DNA of 54,130 nt from Betaproteobacteria bacterium (GCA_011391275.1 JAABQW010000111.1:1-54130), one strand, 5' to 3'. Shown: positions 25,766 through 38,094, counted from the first letter of the stretch. Made by a program: numbers and translations. Notes: a model not told the origin generated them from the sequence alone.

Positions 25766-25781
25766 TGGCATGCTTTCTGCT
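25766..25781 (+). promoter_or_regulatory. Sigma-54 promoter (glnAp2-type)
   Basis: TGGCAT-GCTTT-CTGCT has GG-N10-GC spacing, lies 80 nt upstream of the glnA ATG, and is downstream of the NtrC sites. Confidence 0.7.
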
Positions 25782-25860
25782 AACTATACGGCTCCAAGCA
25801 TCCTTCCACCCGATCCATTCCCCATTCTGGGGCGTCATCCCTCAATCAGGAGAAAGAGTC

Positions 25861-27270
25861 ATGGCAGCGGCCGATGTCTTCAAGATGATCAAGGAAAACG
25901 AGGTCAAGTTCGTGGACCTGCGTTTCACCGACACCAAGGGCAAGGAACAGCACGTCACCGTGCCGGTGAAGATGTTCGACGAGGAAAAGTTCTCGCACGG
26001 CCACGCCTTCGACGGCTCCTCGATCGCCGGCTGGAAGGGGATCGAGGCCTCCGACATGCTGCTCATGCCGGACCCGGGCTCCGCCCGCATGGACCCGTTC
26101 ATGGACGAGCCGACGCTCGCCCTTTCCTGCGACGTGCACGAGCCTTCCACCGGCATGGGCTACGACCGCGACCCGCGCTCGCTCGCGCACCGCGCCGAGG
26201 CCTACCTCAAGTCGACCGGCCTGGGCGACGTGGCCTACTTCGGCCCCGAGCCCGAGTTCTTCGTCTTCGACGCCGTCGAGTGGAAGGTGGACATGTCGGG
26301 CGCCTACTGCAAGATCTTCTCGGAAGAGGCCTCCTGGTCTTCCGACGAGAAGTTCGAAGGCGGCAACCTCGGGCACCGTCCCTCCGTGAAGGGCGGCTAC
26401 TTCCCCGTGCCCCCGGTCGACGCGCTGCAGGACATCCGCTCGGCGATGTGCCTCGCGCTCGAGGAGCAGGGCGTGGAGGTCGAGGTGCACCACCACGAGG
26501 TGGCGGGCCCCGGCCAGTGCGAGATCGGCACCAAGTTCGAGTCCCTGGTGAAGCGCGCCGACTGGCTGCAGATCCTCAAGTACACGGTCTGGAACGTCGC
26601 CCGCAGCTACGGCAAGACGGCGACCTTCATGCCCAAGCCCGTCGTGGGCGACAACGGCTCGGGCATGCACGTGCACATGTCCATCTGGAAGAACGGCCAG
26701 AACCTCTTCGCTGGCGACGGCTACTCCGGGCTGTCGGAATTCGCGCTGTACTACATCGGCGGCGTGATCAAGCACGCGCGGGCGCTGAACGCCATCACGA
26801 ACCCCGGCACCAACTCCTACAAGCGCCTGGTGCCCGGCTTCGAGGCCCCGGTGAAGCTCGCCTACTCCGCGCGCAACCGCTCGGCCTCGATCCGCGTGCC
26901 GTTCGTGACCAGCCCCAAGGGGCGCCGCATCGAGGTGCGATTCCCCGATCCCACGGCGAACCCCTACCTCGCCTTCGCGGCGCTGATGATGGCGGGGCTC
27001 GACGGCGTGCAGAACAAGATCCACCCCGGCGACCCGGCCGACAAGAACCTCTACGACCTGCCGCCGGAAGAGGACGCGAAGATCCCGACCGTGTGCCACT
27101 CGCTGGACCAGGCGCTCGCGGCGCTGGACAAGGACCGCGAGTTCCTCACGCGCGGCGGCGTGTTCTCCAACGACCTGATCGACGCCTACATCGCGCTCAA
27201 GCAGGAGGAGGTCACGCGCTTCCGCATGACCACGCACCCGGTCGAGTACGACATGTACTACTCGGCCTGA
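25861..27270 (+). CDS. glnA: Glutamine synthetase type I
   Basis: [35 protein letters not shown]…; adenylylation-site region NLYDLPPEE; RBS AGGAGA upstream. Confidence 0.97.
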   Translation: MAAADVFKMIKENEVKFVDLRFTDTKGKEQHVTVPVKMFDEEKFSHGHAFDGSSIAGWKGIEASDMLLMPDPGSARMDPFMDEPTLALSCDVHEPSTGMGYDRDPRSLAHRAEAYLKSTGLGDVAYFGPEPEFFVFDAVEWKVDMSGAYCKIFSEEASWSSDEKFEGGNLGHRPSVKGGYFPVPPVDALQDIRSAMCLALEEQGVEVEVHHHEVAGPGQCEIGTKFESLVKRADWLQILKYTVWNVARSYGKTATFMPKPVVGDNGSGMHVHMSIWKNGQNLFAGDGYSGLSEFALYYIGGVIKHARALNAITNPGTNSYKRLVPGFEAPVKLAYSARNRSASIRVPFVTSPKGRRIEVRFPDPTANPYLAFAALMMAGLDGVQNKIHPGDPADKNLYDLPPEEDAKIPTVCHSLDQALAALDKDREFLTRGGVFSNDLIDAYIALKQEEVTRFRMTTHPVEYDMYYSA

Positions 27271-27297
27271 CGCCCCGCGGGTTTCCGCACCGGCGAA

Positions 27298-27326
27298 GGG
27301 GCGGCGGCGTCCGCCCCTTTTTCTTT
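27298..27326 (+). terminator. Rho-independent terminator of glnA
   Basis: GGGGCGG-cggcgt-CCGCCCC followed by TTTTTCTTT, 28 nt after the stop. Confidence 0.8.
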
Positions 27327-27408
27327 GACATCGCCCCGCCCTGCTTGTGGTCGGCGCGCCCGCCGACCACAAGGTATGGGGCATTTTCGGCCTAGGCCAT
27401 TGATCTCG

Positions 27409-27438
27409 TTGACTTTTCGAATGACCCCTCCCTATCCT
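27409..27438 (+). promoter_or_regulatory. Possible sigma-70 promoter for the DUF4124-ntrBC unit
   Basis: TTGACT, an 18-nt spacer, then TATCCT, about 32 nt upstream of the ATG at 27470. Motif match only. Confidence 0.35.
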
Positions 27439-27469
27439 GATCGTCCCCTGTCGCGCGTAGGAGTGCGGG

Positions 27470-28066
27470 ATGAAGACGCTCTGGTTGGGTGTTGCGGTGA
27501 GCCTTGCCTCGCCGCTGGCGTTCGCGCAGACGACGATCTACAAGCACGTGGACGAGTCGGGGCGGATCACGTACACGAATCGCCCGATGAAGGGCGCGAT
27601 CGTCCTCGATCTGGAGCCGCTGAGCACGATCCCGGGCAGCGCCCAGCCGGTGGTCGCGATGGAGAAGGCGCCCGCGGCCAGGGCGCCGGAAAAGGTCGCC
27701 GTGAAGCCCGCCGTCGCCGTGGTGACGCCGAGGGGCCTTCCGAACGCGGTCGCCTCGGTGGACCGCGGGACGCAGAAGAACCGCGACGACGTCCGCCGCA
27801 GGATCCTCCAGGACGAGCTCGCCCAGGAGGAGAAGACGCTTGCGGATGCCCGCAAGTCCCTCCTCCAGGAGCAGCAGAACCCGACGCTCATCGCCGCGGT
27901 GCGCGTCGCGCAGCAAGCCACCGATCCCACGCCGTCCCAGCAGGCCGAGATGCGCGCGGCGATCGACAAGGCCTCCGGGCGCATCCGGGGGCTGCAGGCC
28001 ACCGTCGCCGAGCACGAAAAGAACATCGAGGCGCTCAAGAAAGAGCTCGGCGCGCTGAAGCCCTAG
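27470..28066 (+). CDS. DUF4124 domain-containing periplasmic protein
   Basis: A signal peptide is followed by IYKHVDESGRITYTNRP (DUF4124 signature) and then a charged coiled-coil-like tail. It sits between glnA and ntrB, as in many betaproteobacteria. Confidence 0.75.
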   Translation: MKTLWLGVAVSLASPLAFAQTTIYKHVDESGRITYTNRPMKGAIVLDLEPLSTIPGSAQPVVAMEKAPAARAPEKVAVKPAVAVVTPRGLPNAVASVDRGTQKNRDDVRRRILQDELAQEEKTLADARKSLLQEQQNPTLIAAVRVAQQATDPTPSQQAEMRAAIDKASGRIRGLQATVAEHEKNIEALKKELGALKP

Positions 28067-28157
28067 CCTCGCGCAGTCTCCCCTTCCGGCACTCCCTTCC
28101 GGCCGACGCGCCAGCATCCTTCGCTGGCGCGGCTCTTGCTGCGCGCCGCGCGCGCGC

Positions 28158-29222
28158 GTGACCATGGCGCTGCAGGGACTCGAGCTCCTCGCGACCGCCG
28201 TGCTCCTGCTCGACGAGCGCCTGCACGTCACCTACGCGAACCCCGCCGCGGAGACGCTGCTCGCCCACGGACGCAAGCACCTCGTGGGCGCGCCGCTCGC
28301 GAAGGCGCTGCCGGGCAACGAAGCCTTCCTCGCCCGCCTCGCGCAGGCCGTGGCGAGCGACACCGGGTTCAACGACAACGAGTTCGCCCTGGAGCTGGGC
28401 GGGCAGTCCACGATGCTCCACTGCGTGGCCGTCCCCGTCGAGGAGGAGGACGCGCGCCTCCTCATCGAGCTGCGCGAGCTGGACCAGCAGATCCGCATCG
28501 CGCGCGAGGCGAAGCTCCTCGAGCAGCAGCAGGCCAACCGGGAGCTGATCCGCAACCTCGCCCACGAGATCAAGAACCCGCTGGGCGGCATCCGCGGCGC
28601 GGCGCAGCTCCTCGAGCGCGAGCTCCCGGACCCGGACCTGCGCGAGTTCACCCAGGTGATCGTGAAGGAGACCGACCGCCTGCAGTCGCTCATGAACCGG
28701 ATGCTCACGCCGCACCGCCTGCCGCAGATCGAGATGCTCAACGTGCACGAGATGATCGAGCGCGTGCGCTCGCTGCTGCTGGCCGAGTACCCCGAGGGGC
28801 TCGCCGTCCGGCGCGACTACGACGTGAGCCTGCCGGACTTCCCCGGCGACAAGGAGAGCCTCCTGCAGGCGATCCTCAACGTCGCCAGGAACGCCGCGCA
28901 GGCGATGGCGGGCCACGGCGAGATCGTCCTGCGAACCCGGATCGCGCGCCAGGTCACGATCGCGCGCACCCGCTACCGGCACGCCGTGTCCGTGGAGATC
29001 GAGGACAACGGGCCGGGCATTCCCGACGACCTCGCGGGCAAGGTGTTCTTCCCGCTGGTGAGCGGGCGCGAGGGCGGCACCGGCCTGGGCCTGTCGCTCG
29101 CGCAGAACTACGTGCACCAGCACCACGGCCTCATCGAATTCGAAAGCACCCCGGGACGCACCCGGTTCACGATCCTCCTGCCCGTGCGCAGCCCCGGCGA
29201 AGCCGGGCTCGCCCGGCACTGA
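28158..29222 (+). CDS. glnL: Nitrogen regulation sensor histidine kinase NtrB
   Basis: PAS N-terminus, H-box NLAHEIKNPLGGIRGAAQLL, and HATPase N/G boxes. Confidence 0.92.
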   Translation: MTMALQGLELLATAVLLLDERLHVTYANPAAETLLAHGRKHLVGAPLAKALPGNEAFLARLAQAVASDTGFNDNEFALELGGQSTMLHCVAVPVEEEDARLLIELRELDQQIRIAREAKLLEQQQANRELIRNLAHEIKNPLGGIRGAAQLLERELPDPDLREFTQVIVKETDRLQSLMNRMLTPHRLPQIEMLNVHEMIERVRSLLLAEYPEGLAVRRDYDVSLPDFPGDKESLLQAILNVARNAAQAMAGHGEIVLRTRIARQVTIARTRYRHAVSVEIEDNGPGIPDDLAGKVFFPLVSGREGGTGLGLSLAQNYVHQHHGLIEFESTPGRTRFTILLPVRSPGEAGLARH

Positions 29223-29265
29223 ACGCGGAGGACGCCCCCATGGTCGAGAAGCGAGCGCAACGGAC

Positions 29266-30716
<1,451 letters not shown>

Positions 30717-30720
<4 letters not shown>

Positions 30721-33317
30721 GGCGCGAAGCGGCTCGCGAACTCCGCCGGCGGCAGCGCCGGGCTCGCGTGGAAGCCCTGGTATTCGTCGCAGCCAAGGGC
30801 CTTGAGCGCGTCGTGCTGCGCCGCCGTCTCGACGCCTTCGGCGACCACCGAGAGCCTGAGGGAATGCGCCATCGCGATGATGGCGCGCACGATCGCCTCG
30901 TCGTTCGGGTCGACGCCGATGTCGCGCACGAACGAGCTGTCGATCTTGATCGTGTCCACCGGCAGCGACTTGAGGTAGGAAAGCGACGAGTAGCCGGTGC
31001 CGAAGTCGTCGATCGCGAGCCCCACCCCGAGCTCTCCCAGCCGGTTGAGGAGTGCCGCCTTCTCGCCGAGGTTCTGCATGAGCATGCTCTCGGTGAGCTC
31101 CAGCTCCAGCGTGGAGGGCTCGATGCCCGCCCCGCGGATGGCGCCCTCGACCGCGCGGTAGAGGCGCCCGGCGTCCACCACCTGCCCCACCGACAGGTTC
31201 ACGGACAGCCGCAGCCGCCCGCCGAAGGCGCGCTGCCACTCGCGCACCTGCAGGCAGGCGCGCTCGAGCACCCATTCCCCGATCGGGACGATGAGCCCGG
31301 AGTCCTCGGCCACGTCGATGAACCGGCCGGGCGCGAGGAGCCCCCGGCGCGGGTGCGACCAGCGCACCAGCGCCTCCACGCCGGTGATGGCGCCGTCGGC
31401 CATGCGCACGCGCGGCTGGTAGTGCAGGACCAGCTCGTTCCGGCGCAGGGCCAGGCGCAGGTAGTTCTCGATGGACAGCCGCTCCTGCGCGCGCTGGTTC
31501 ATCTCCGCGGAGAAGAAGCGGTAGTTGTTGCGGCCCCGCTCCTTGGCGTAGTACATGGCCACGTCGGCGTGCTTCATGAGCGTGGCGCCGTCCCTGCCGT
31601 CGGCGGGGTAGAGGCTGATGCCGATGGAGCACGAGGTGTTGAGGTGCTGGTTGCCGATGAGCATCGGCTCCGCCATCGCGGCGATCATCTTGTCGGCCAC
31701 CTGCCGCGCGCCCTCTTCGTCGACGCCGCGCAGGTTCTCGAGGATCACCGCGAATTCGTCGCCGCCCAGCCGCGCCACGGTGTCGGAGGCGCGCACGCAG
31801 GCCGTGAGCCGCGACGCGACGCCCTTGAGCAGCTCGTCGCCCACGTCGTGGCCGAGGGAGTCGTTGATCGTCTTGAAGCGGTCCAGGTCGATGAACATGA
31901 ACGCGAAGCCCGCGCGGTGCCGGGCGGCGTTCACGATCCCCTGCTCGAGGCGGTCGTGCAGCAGCACCCGGTTGGGCAGCCCCGTGAGGCCGTCTCGCGT
32001 GGCGAGGTACTCGGCGCGCTCCTCGGCCTCCTTGCGCTTGGTGACGTTCGTGGAAGTGCCCGTCATGCGCAGCGCGCGGCCCGCCCCGTCGCGCTGGGCG
32101 ACCTTGCCTCGCGAGTGGATCCAGATCCAGTCCCCCGAGGCGCGGCGCACCCGGTATTCGCACTCGAACTCCTCGCTCACGCCCCGGACGGCGTTGGCGA
32201 CCGCGGCGGCATGCAGGTTCGCGTCGTCGGGATGGACCGCGGCGCGCGCCGCTTCCCAGGCGACCGTGGACTCGCGCGGCTCGCCTCCGAGCATCGCGGC
32301 CCAGCCCTCGCTGAAGTAGACGCGGTCGGCCGCCAGGTCCCAGTCCCAGAGGGCCAGGCGCGAGCCGGTGAGCGCGAGGTCGAGGCGCTCCTTGGCGAGG
32401 AGCGTCTGGTCCTCGGCGCGCCGGCCCCGGGAGGCATCGCGTCCGAAGCCCATCACGCAGGACTCGCCGGCCAGGCGAAGCGGCCTCGCCGTGAAGGCGA
32501 ACGGGGGGTGCGCGCCCGCCCTGTCGTTGATCCGCGCCTCGAGACAGGCCTCGCGGCTCCCGTCGAGGACTTCGCGCAGGACCGCCTGCGCCGCGTCGCG
32601 GTCCGGGGGTACGAAGAGGTCGGGCAGGCGCAGCGCGGCGATCTCGGCAGCGGCGCGTCCCGTGGCCGCCTCGAGCTTCGCGTTCCAGCGCAACATCCCG
32701 CCGTCGCGCGAGCACAGGAAGAACGCGTCGGGCAGGCTGTCGACGACGGCATCGAGGAGTTCGTGCTCGCGGGCGGGCTGCTCCCGTGCCCGCCTCGCCG
32801 CCGGCGCCGCGGCGGACGAAGGCCCGGCGGCGGATCCCGCCCGCGCCTCGAGTCGCGCGATGGCGATCGCGGCGAGGTTCTCGAGCGCGGTGCGCTCGGC
32901 GGGCGCAAGCCGGCGCGGCACGCGGTCGGCCACCGCAAGCGCGCCCACGGCGTGGCCGTCCGGCGTCACCAGGGGCACCGCGCACAGGAAGCGCACGCGC
33001 GCCTCGCCAGCGACCAGCGGATGGGTGCGCATCTCGGTCGCCGCGGCATCCTCGACTTCGATCCCGCGGGCGCCGTCGGCGCCGCGGGAGTAGAGGCGCC
33101 GCTCCCCGGACAGTTCCGCGAAGGCGATCCCGGCGCCCGCCTTGACCCATTCGCGCGCGCCGTCGTGGAACGCGAGCCACGCCATGGGCGCGCGTGCCGC
33201 CTCCTGCGCGCGGCGCGCGAGGTCGTCGAACGCCTGCTCGGGCGGCGTATCGAGGATGCCGTAGCCCGCCAGGCGCGCGAGCCGCTCCTCTTCCCTTGCC
33301 GGGGGCTGCGTCGCCAA
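30717..33317 (-). CDS. GAF-PAS-PAS/PAC-GGDEF-EAL c-di-GMP turnover protein
   Basis: GAF (RLAGYGILDTPPEQAFDDL…), two PAS regions, RxxD I-site plus GGDEF (RASDTVARLGGDEF), and EAL (EALVRW, DDFGTGYSSL). The proposed TTG start at 33317 lies just after the xthA stop. The longer track ORF overlaps xthA and is rejected. Confidence 0.82.
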
Positions 33318-33325
33318 GCGCTGTC

Positions 33326-34126
33326 TCAGCTCCCGATCTCGCAGAGGACAGGCGCGTGGTCCGAGGGACGCTCGAGCTTCCTCGGCTCGACGTCGATGGC
33401 GCAGGACCGGCAGCGCGAGGCGAGCGCGGGCGACAGCAGGACATGGTCGATCCTGAGCCCCATGTTGCGGCGGAAGGCCGCCATGCGGTAATCCCACCAG
33501 CTGAAGGACTTCTCGGGCTGCTCGAAGAGGCGGAAGGCATCGGCGAAGCCGAGCGCGAGGAGCGCGCCCAGGGCCTGTCGCTCCGCATCGCTCACCAGGA
33601 CCTGCCCGCGCCACGCCTCGGGGTCGTGCACGTCGCGGTCCTCCGGCGCCACGTTGTAGTCGCCCAGCACCGCCACCGGCCGCCCCTCGGCCAGCTCGCG
33701 CGCGAGCCACTGCGCCAGGGCCGCGAACCAGCGCAGCTTGTATTCGTATTTCTCGGAGCCGACGCTCTGCCCGTTCGGGCAGTAGACGCTCACCACGCGC
33801 ACGCCCCCCACGTCCGCGGCGATGACGCGCTTCTGCAGGTCGGCGAAGCCCGGGATGCCGCGCGAGACGCCGGCCGGCTCGTCCTTCGACAGGATGGCCA
33901 CGCCGTTGTAGGTCTTCTGCCCGTCGTGCACCCAGCGGTAGCCGGCGGCCTCGATGGCGGCGCCGGGGAAAGCGGCGTCCTCGCACTTCGTTTCCTGGAG
34001 GCACACCGCGTCGGGCGAATGGCGCGCCAGGAACTCGAGCAGGTGCGGCAGGCGCACCTTGAGCGAGTTGACGTTCCAGGTGGCGAGCTTCACGGGTGCG
34101 GACAGGCGGGCCGGGGGGAAAGGCAT
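33326..34126 (-). CDS. xthA: Exodeoxyribonuclease III
   Basis: KLATWNVNSLKVRLPHLLEFL…QETKC…SDHAPV (EEP nuclease motifs). Confidence 0.94.
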   Translation of the reverse strand: MPFPPARLSAPVKLATWNVNSLKVRLPHLLEFLARHSPDAVCLQETKCEDAAFPGAAIEAAGYRWVHDGQKTYNGVAILSKDEPAGVSRGIPGFADLQKRVIAADVGGVRVVSVYCPNGQSVGSEKYEYKLRWFAALAQWLARELAEGRPVAVLGDYNVAPEDRDVHDPEAWRGQVLVSDAERQALGALLALGFADAFRLFEQPEKSFSWWDYRMAAFRRNMGLRIDHVLLSPALASRCRSCAIDVEPRKLERPSDHAPVLCEIGS

Positions 34127-34142
34127 CCGGCCTTCTTGCCGG

Positions 34143-34712
34143 TTACCGGGTCGCCGGAGCGGCCGCCGGCACAGGCGGCGCGGCGGCCTTGTCGGCCTGA
34201 CCGGGCGGGCGGGCGGGCACCTGCCCGGGCAGCAGGGTGCGCGGGTAGCCCGCCTCGTCGAGGGCCGAACTCCACATGCCCTCCTCGAACCCCTTGAGCG
34301 TGGCCGACCCCACCGTCATGACGGGCACCACGAGCGAGCCGACCAGGCTCTTCACCGCTTCGGCATCCTGCGGGTTGCCCTGCGCGTCGCGCTCCGTGAA
34401 CGGGACGCCGCGCTTGCCGAGAAGGTCGCGCCCCTGCTGGCATGGCTCCCCGCACGCCGCGCCGGTGAAGAGCGTCACCGGCGACTTGCGCACGGCGACC
34501 TGCATCGCATAGGGCAGCTGCGTCGATTCCACGTAGCCCCCTCCCATGCGCTTCTGCTGGAGTTCCTTCTGGGACTGCGTCGGCGGCGTGTCCGAGTACT
34601 GAACCTTGCCGTCCTTGTCGACCCAGCGGTAGACGTTGGCCTGCGCTGAAGCGAGCGCCGGCAGCAGCAGGGCTGCCGCGACGAGTGCGGGCAGCCGGTA
34701 TCGGACAGGCAT
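34143..34712 (-). CDS. DUF4124 / glutaredoxin-like fusion protein (periplasmic)
   Basis: A signal peptide is followed by VYRWVDKDGKVQYSDTPP (DUF4124) and a thioredoxin-fold segment with CGEPC, then a Pro/Ala-rich tail. Confidence 0.75.
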   Translation of the reverse strand: MPVRYRLPALVAAALLLPALASAQANVYRWVDKDGKVQYSDTPPTQSQKELQQKRMGGGYVESTQLPYAMQVAVRKSPVTLFTGAACGEPCQQGRDLLGKRGVPFTERDAQGNPQDAEAVKSLVGSLVVPVMTVGSATLKGFEEGMWSSALDEAGYPRTLLPGQVPARPPGQADKAAAPPVPAAAPATR

Positions 34713-34723
34713 CGGTTCCTCCG

Positions 34724-36757
34724 TCAGGCAGTGGCGGTCATCCCATTATGCCGCAGGAGGGGGTCGATCCGCGGCTTGCGCCCGCGGAAGGCCACGAACG
34801 ACTCGAGCGCGGGGCGGCTGCCGCCCACGCCGAGGACCTCGTCGCGGAACCGCGCCCCCGTGGCGGGGTTGAGCACGCCCTCCTCCTCGAACGCGCCGAA
34901 GGCGTCCGCGGACAGCACCTCCGCCCACTTGTAGCTGTAGTAGCCGGCCGCGTAGCCGCCCCCGAAGATGTGCGAGAACTGGTTGGGGAAGCGGTGCCAC
35001 GCCGGCGGGTGCACGACGGCGACCTGGCGCCGCACGCGCTCGAGGAGCGCCAGCGGCGTGTCGGCGGCGCGGTCGAAGTCGTGGTGCAGGCGCATGTCGA
35101 AGAGCGCGAACTCGAGCTGGCGCACGAACTGCATGCCGCTCTGGAAGTTCTTGGCCGCCACCATCTTGTCGAAGAGCGCCCGCGGGAGCGCCTCCCCGGT
35201 GTCGGCGTGCCGCGTCATGTGCGAAACGACGTCCCATTCCCAGCAGAAGTTCTCCATGAACTGCGAGGGCAGCTCGACCGCGTCCCACTCGACGCCGGCG
35301 ATCCCCGAGACGCCGAGCTCGTCCACGCGGGTGAGAAGCTGGTGAAGGCCGTGCCCGAACTCGTGGAAGAGCGTGATCACCTCGTTGTGGGTGAAGAGCG
35401 CCCGGCGCCCCCCGACGGGGGCCGAGAAGTTGCAGGTGAGGAAGGCGACGGGGGTCTGCACGCCGCCGGCCACGCGGCGCCGGTTCCTCGCGTCCGCCAT
35501 CCACGCGCCGCCCCGCTTGGCTTCCCGGGCGTAGAGGTCCAGGTAGAACTGGCCCACCAGCGCCCCCTCGGCGTCCTCGATCGCGAAGAACTTCGCGTCC
35601 GCGTGCCAGGTCGGCGCCTGCGCCGGCCGCACGCGCACGCCGTAGAGCGTCTCGACGACCCGGAAGAGGCCCGCGAGCACGGCGTCCTCGGGAAAGTAGC
35701 GCTTCACTTCCTCTTCGGAGAAGGCATAGCGCTTCTGGCGCAGCTTCTCGCTCACCCAGGCAACGTCCCAGGCCCGGACCTCGGCGAGCCCCAGCTCGGC
35801 GCGCGCGATGGCCTCCACTTCCGCCATGTCGCGCTCGGCAAAGGGCTTCGCGCGCGCCGCGAGGTCCTCCAGGAAGGCGACCACCTCCTCGGCCGAGCCG
35901 GCCATCTTCGCCGCGAGCGAGACCCCGGCGAAGGTGCCGTAGCCGAGCAGGGAGGCGACCTCGGCCCGCTTCTCGAGGATCCTCGCGACCAGCGGCGCGT
36001 TGTCCCATTCGGGCTTGCCGAACTCGGAGGCACGCGTCGCGTTGGCGCGGTACATCTGCTCGCGCAGCGCCCGGTGGTCGGCGTACTGCATCACGGGCAG
36101 GTAGCACGGCATGTGCAGCGTGAGCTTCCACCCCTCGCGGCCATCCTTCGCAGCGGCCGCCTTCGCGGTCTCGAGGACGTCGGCGGGGATGCCGGCGAGC
36201 TGCGCGGCATCGGTCACGAAGAGCGCGAAGTCGTTGGTGGCGTCGAGGACGTTGTCCTGGAAGCGCGAGGAGAGCGCGGCGAGCTCCTCCTGCAGCTGGC
36301 GGAAGCGCCCCTTGGCGGCCTCGGGGAGCTCCGCGCCGCCGAGGCGGAAGTCGCGCAGCTCGTTCTCCACGAGGCGGCGCCGGGCCGCGCCCAGCCGGGC
36401 GAAGCCGGGTGAAGCCGCCAGCGCCTTGAAGCGGCCGAAGAGGCGCAGGTCCTGGCCCTGCTCGGTGGCGAACTGCGTGACCAGCGGCTGCGCGGCGTTG
36501 TAGGCCTCGCGAAGCGCCGGCGAGTTCATGACCGCGTTGAGGTGGGACACCTGCGCCCACGCGCGCGACAGGCTCTCGTTGGCGCTCGCCAGTGGCTCGA
36601 CGAAGTCCTCCCAGGCGGGCTCCCCGCCGGCCGAGGCCAGGGCCTCGATCGTGGCGCGACCCTCGGCGACGAGCGCCTCCACGGCGGGCACCACGTGCTC
36701 CGGTCGGATGTCGCCGAAGCGCGGAAGGGACGAAAAGTCGGTCAGCGGGTTCTTCAT
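34724..36757 (-). CDS. prlC: Oligopeptidase A (M3 family)
   Basis: MKNPLTDFSSLPRFGDIRPEHV… and the zinc motif HEFGHGLH. The ATG at 36757 was verified. Confidence 0.94.
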   Translation of the reverse strand: MKNPLTDFSSLPRFGDIRPEHVVPAVEALVAEGRATIEALASAGGEPAWEDFVEPLASANESLSRAWAQVSHLNAVMNSPALREAYNAAQPLVTQFATEQGQDLRLFGRFKALAASPGFARLGAARRRLVENELRDFRLGGAELPEAAKGRFRQLQEELAALSSRFQDNVLDATNDFALFVTDAAQLAGIPADVLETAKAAAAKDGREGWKLTLHMPCYLPVMQYADHRALREQMYRANATRASEFGKPEWDNAPLVARILEKRAEVASLLGYGTFAGVSLAAKMAGSAEEVVAFLEDLAARAKPFAERDMAEVEAIARAELGLAEVRAWDVAWVSEKLRQKRYAFSEEEVKRYFPEDAVLAGLFRVVETLYGVRVRPAQAPTWHADAKFFAIEDAEGALVGQFYLDLYAREAKRGGAWMADARNRRRVAGGVQTPVAFLTCNFSAPVGGRRALFTHNEVITLFHEFGHGLHQLLTRVDELGVSGIAGVEWDAVELPSQFMENFCWEWDVVSHMTRHADTGEALPRALFDKMVAAKNFQSGMQFVRQLEFALFDMRLHHDFDRAADTPLALLERVRRQVAVVHPPAWHRFPNQFSHIFGGGYAAGYYSYKWAEVLSADAFGAFEEEGVLNPATGARFRDEVLGVGGSRPALESFVAFRGRKPRIDPLLRHNGMTATA

Positions 36758-36788
36758 GGGAATCCGTTCGCGGGGGAGAAGGAGGGGG

Positions 36789-38063
36789 TCAGCCGGGGTG
36801 GACGATCCGGCCGTCGACGATCGTGGTGACCACGCGTCCGGTGAGTTCCAGGCCCAGGAAGGGCGAGTTGCGGCCCTGGCTCGCCAGCGCCTCGCGCGTG
36901 ACGATCCAGGGGCGTTGCGGGTCGAACAGGCAGACGTCGGCGGCACTTCCCGGGGCGAGCGTGCCGCCCTCGACGCCCAGGACGGCCGCGGCGCGCGAGG
37001 TCGCCGCGGCCAGCGTGGCGGCGAGCGGCAGCTTCATCTCCTCGCCCCACTTGAGCAGCAACGGCAGGAAGACCTCGAGGCCGGTCGCGCCCGGCTCGGC
37101 CTCGCCGAAGGGCACGAGCTTCGCATCGTCGTCCACCGGCGTGTGGTCCGAGCAGACGGCGTCGATCGTCCCGTTGGCCACCGCGCGACGCAGCGCATCG
37201 CGGTCGGACGGGCTGCGCAGCGGCGGCACGAGGAACATGTGCGTGTTGAAGTCGGCCACGTCGCGGTCGCAGAGGTGCAGGTGGTGCACGCCCACGTCGC
37301 AGGTGACGGCGAGCCCGCGGGCCTTGGCCGCGGCCACGAGCGCAACCCCGCGGGCCGTGGAGAGGCGGGCCAGGTGCACGCGCGCGCCGGTGGACTCGGC
37401 GAGCTCGAGGATCGTGTGCAGGGCCACGGTCTCCGCCACTTCCGGGATCGGGGGCAGCCCCAGCCGGGTGGCCACTTCGCCGTCGTGGGCGACGCCGCCG
37501 TTCGCGAGGTGCACGTCCTGGGGGCGCAGCCACACCGCGTGGCCGAACGTGGCGGCGTAGCTCATGGCCTGCAGCAGCACGTTCAGGTCCGTCACCGGGG
37601 CGTCGGCCTGGAAGAAGGCCACGCAGCCCGCCTCGGCAAGCTCGCCCATCTCGGCGATCTTCTCGCCCTTCAGCCCGAGCGTGAGAGCGCCCAGAGGGTA
37701 GACGCGCGATCCGCTGAGGCTGCCGGCGCGGCGCTTGAGCATCTCGACCAGCCCCGGCTCGTCGAGCGGCGGGTCGGTGTCGGGCGGGCAGGCGAGCGAG
37801 GTCACGCCGCCGGCGACCGCGGCGCGCATCTCGGATTCCAGCGTGGCACGGTACTCGAAGCCCGGCTCGCGAAGCCGCGCGGAGAGGTCCACGAGCCCGG
37901 GACAGGCGACGAGCCCGGCGGCGTCGATCGTGCGGTCGGGGCGGAAGCCGTCGGGGGCGGCGCCCAGCGCGGCGATACGTCCGTCGGCGATGAAGAGGGA
38001 GGTGGGCTCGTCGCGGCCGGTGGCCGGGTCGACGACGCGGGCGTTGCGGATGTCGATTCTCAT
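36789..38063 (-). CDS. Dihydroorotase-like protein, probably the non-catalytic PyrC' subunit of ATCase
   Basis: Amidohydrolase fold, but the HxH metal motif is replaced (PGLVDLSARLREPG). The ATG at 38063 has RBS GGAGAAGGA. It lies directly downstream of pyrB. Confidence 0.85.
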   Translation of the reverse strand: MRIDIRNARVVDPATGRDEPTSLFIADGRIAALGAAPDGFRPDRTIDAAGLVACPGLVDLSARLREPGFEYRATLESEMRAAVAGGVTSLACPPDTDPPLDEPGLVEMLKRRAGSLSGSRVYPLGALTLGLKGEKIAEMGELAEAGCVAFFQADAPVTDLNVLLQAMSYAATFGHAVWLRPQDVHLANGGVAHDGEVATRLGLPPIPEVAETVALHTILELAESTGARVHLARLSTARGVALVAAAKARGLAVTCDVGVHHLHLCDRDVADFNTHMFLVPPLRSPSDRDALRRAVANGTIDAVCSDHTPVDDDAKLVPFGEAEPGATGLEVFLPLLLKWGEEMKLPLAATLAAATSRAAAVLGVEGGTLAPGSAADVCLFDPQRPWIVTREALASQGRNSPFLGLELTGRVVTTIVDGRIVHPG

Positions 38064-38094
38064 TTTTCCTTCTCCGGCTCGTTCCTCGACCACG

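Noticed and set aside
33318-34004. Upstream extension of the GGDEF-EAL ORF to 34004 (1095 aa)
   Set aside because: It overlaps nearly all of xthA in another frame and is low-complexity. The recognisable GAF domain begins just downstream of 33317.
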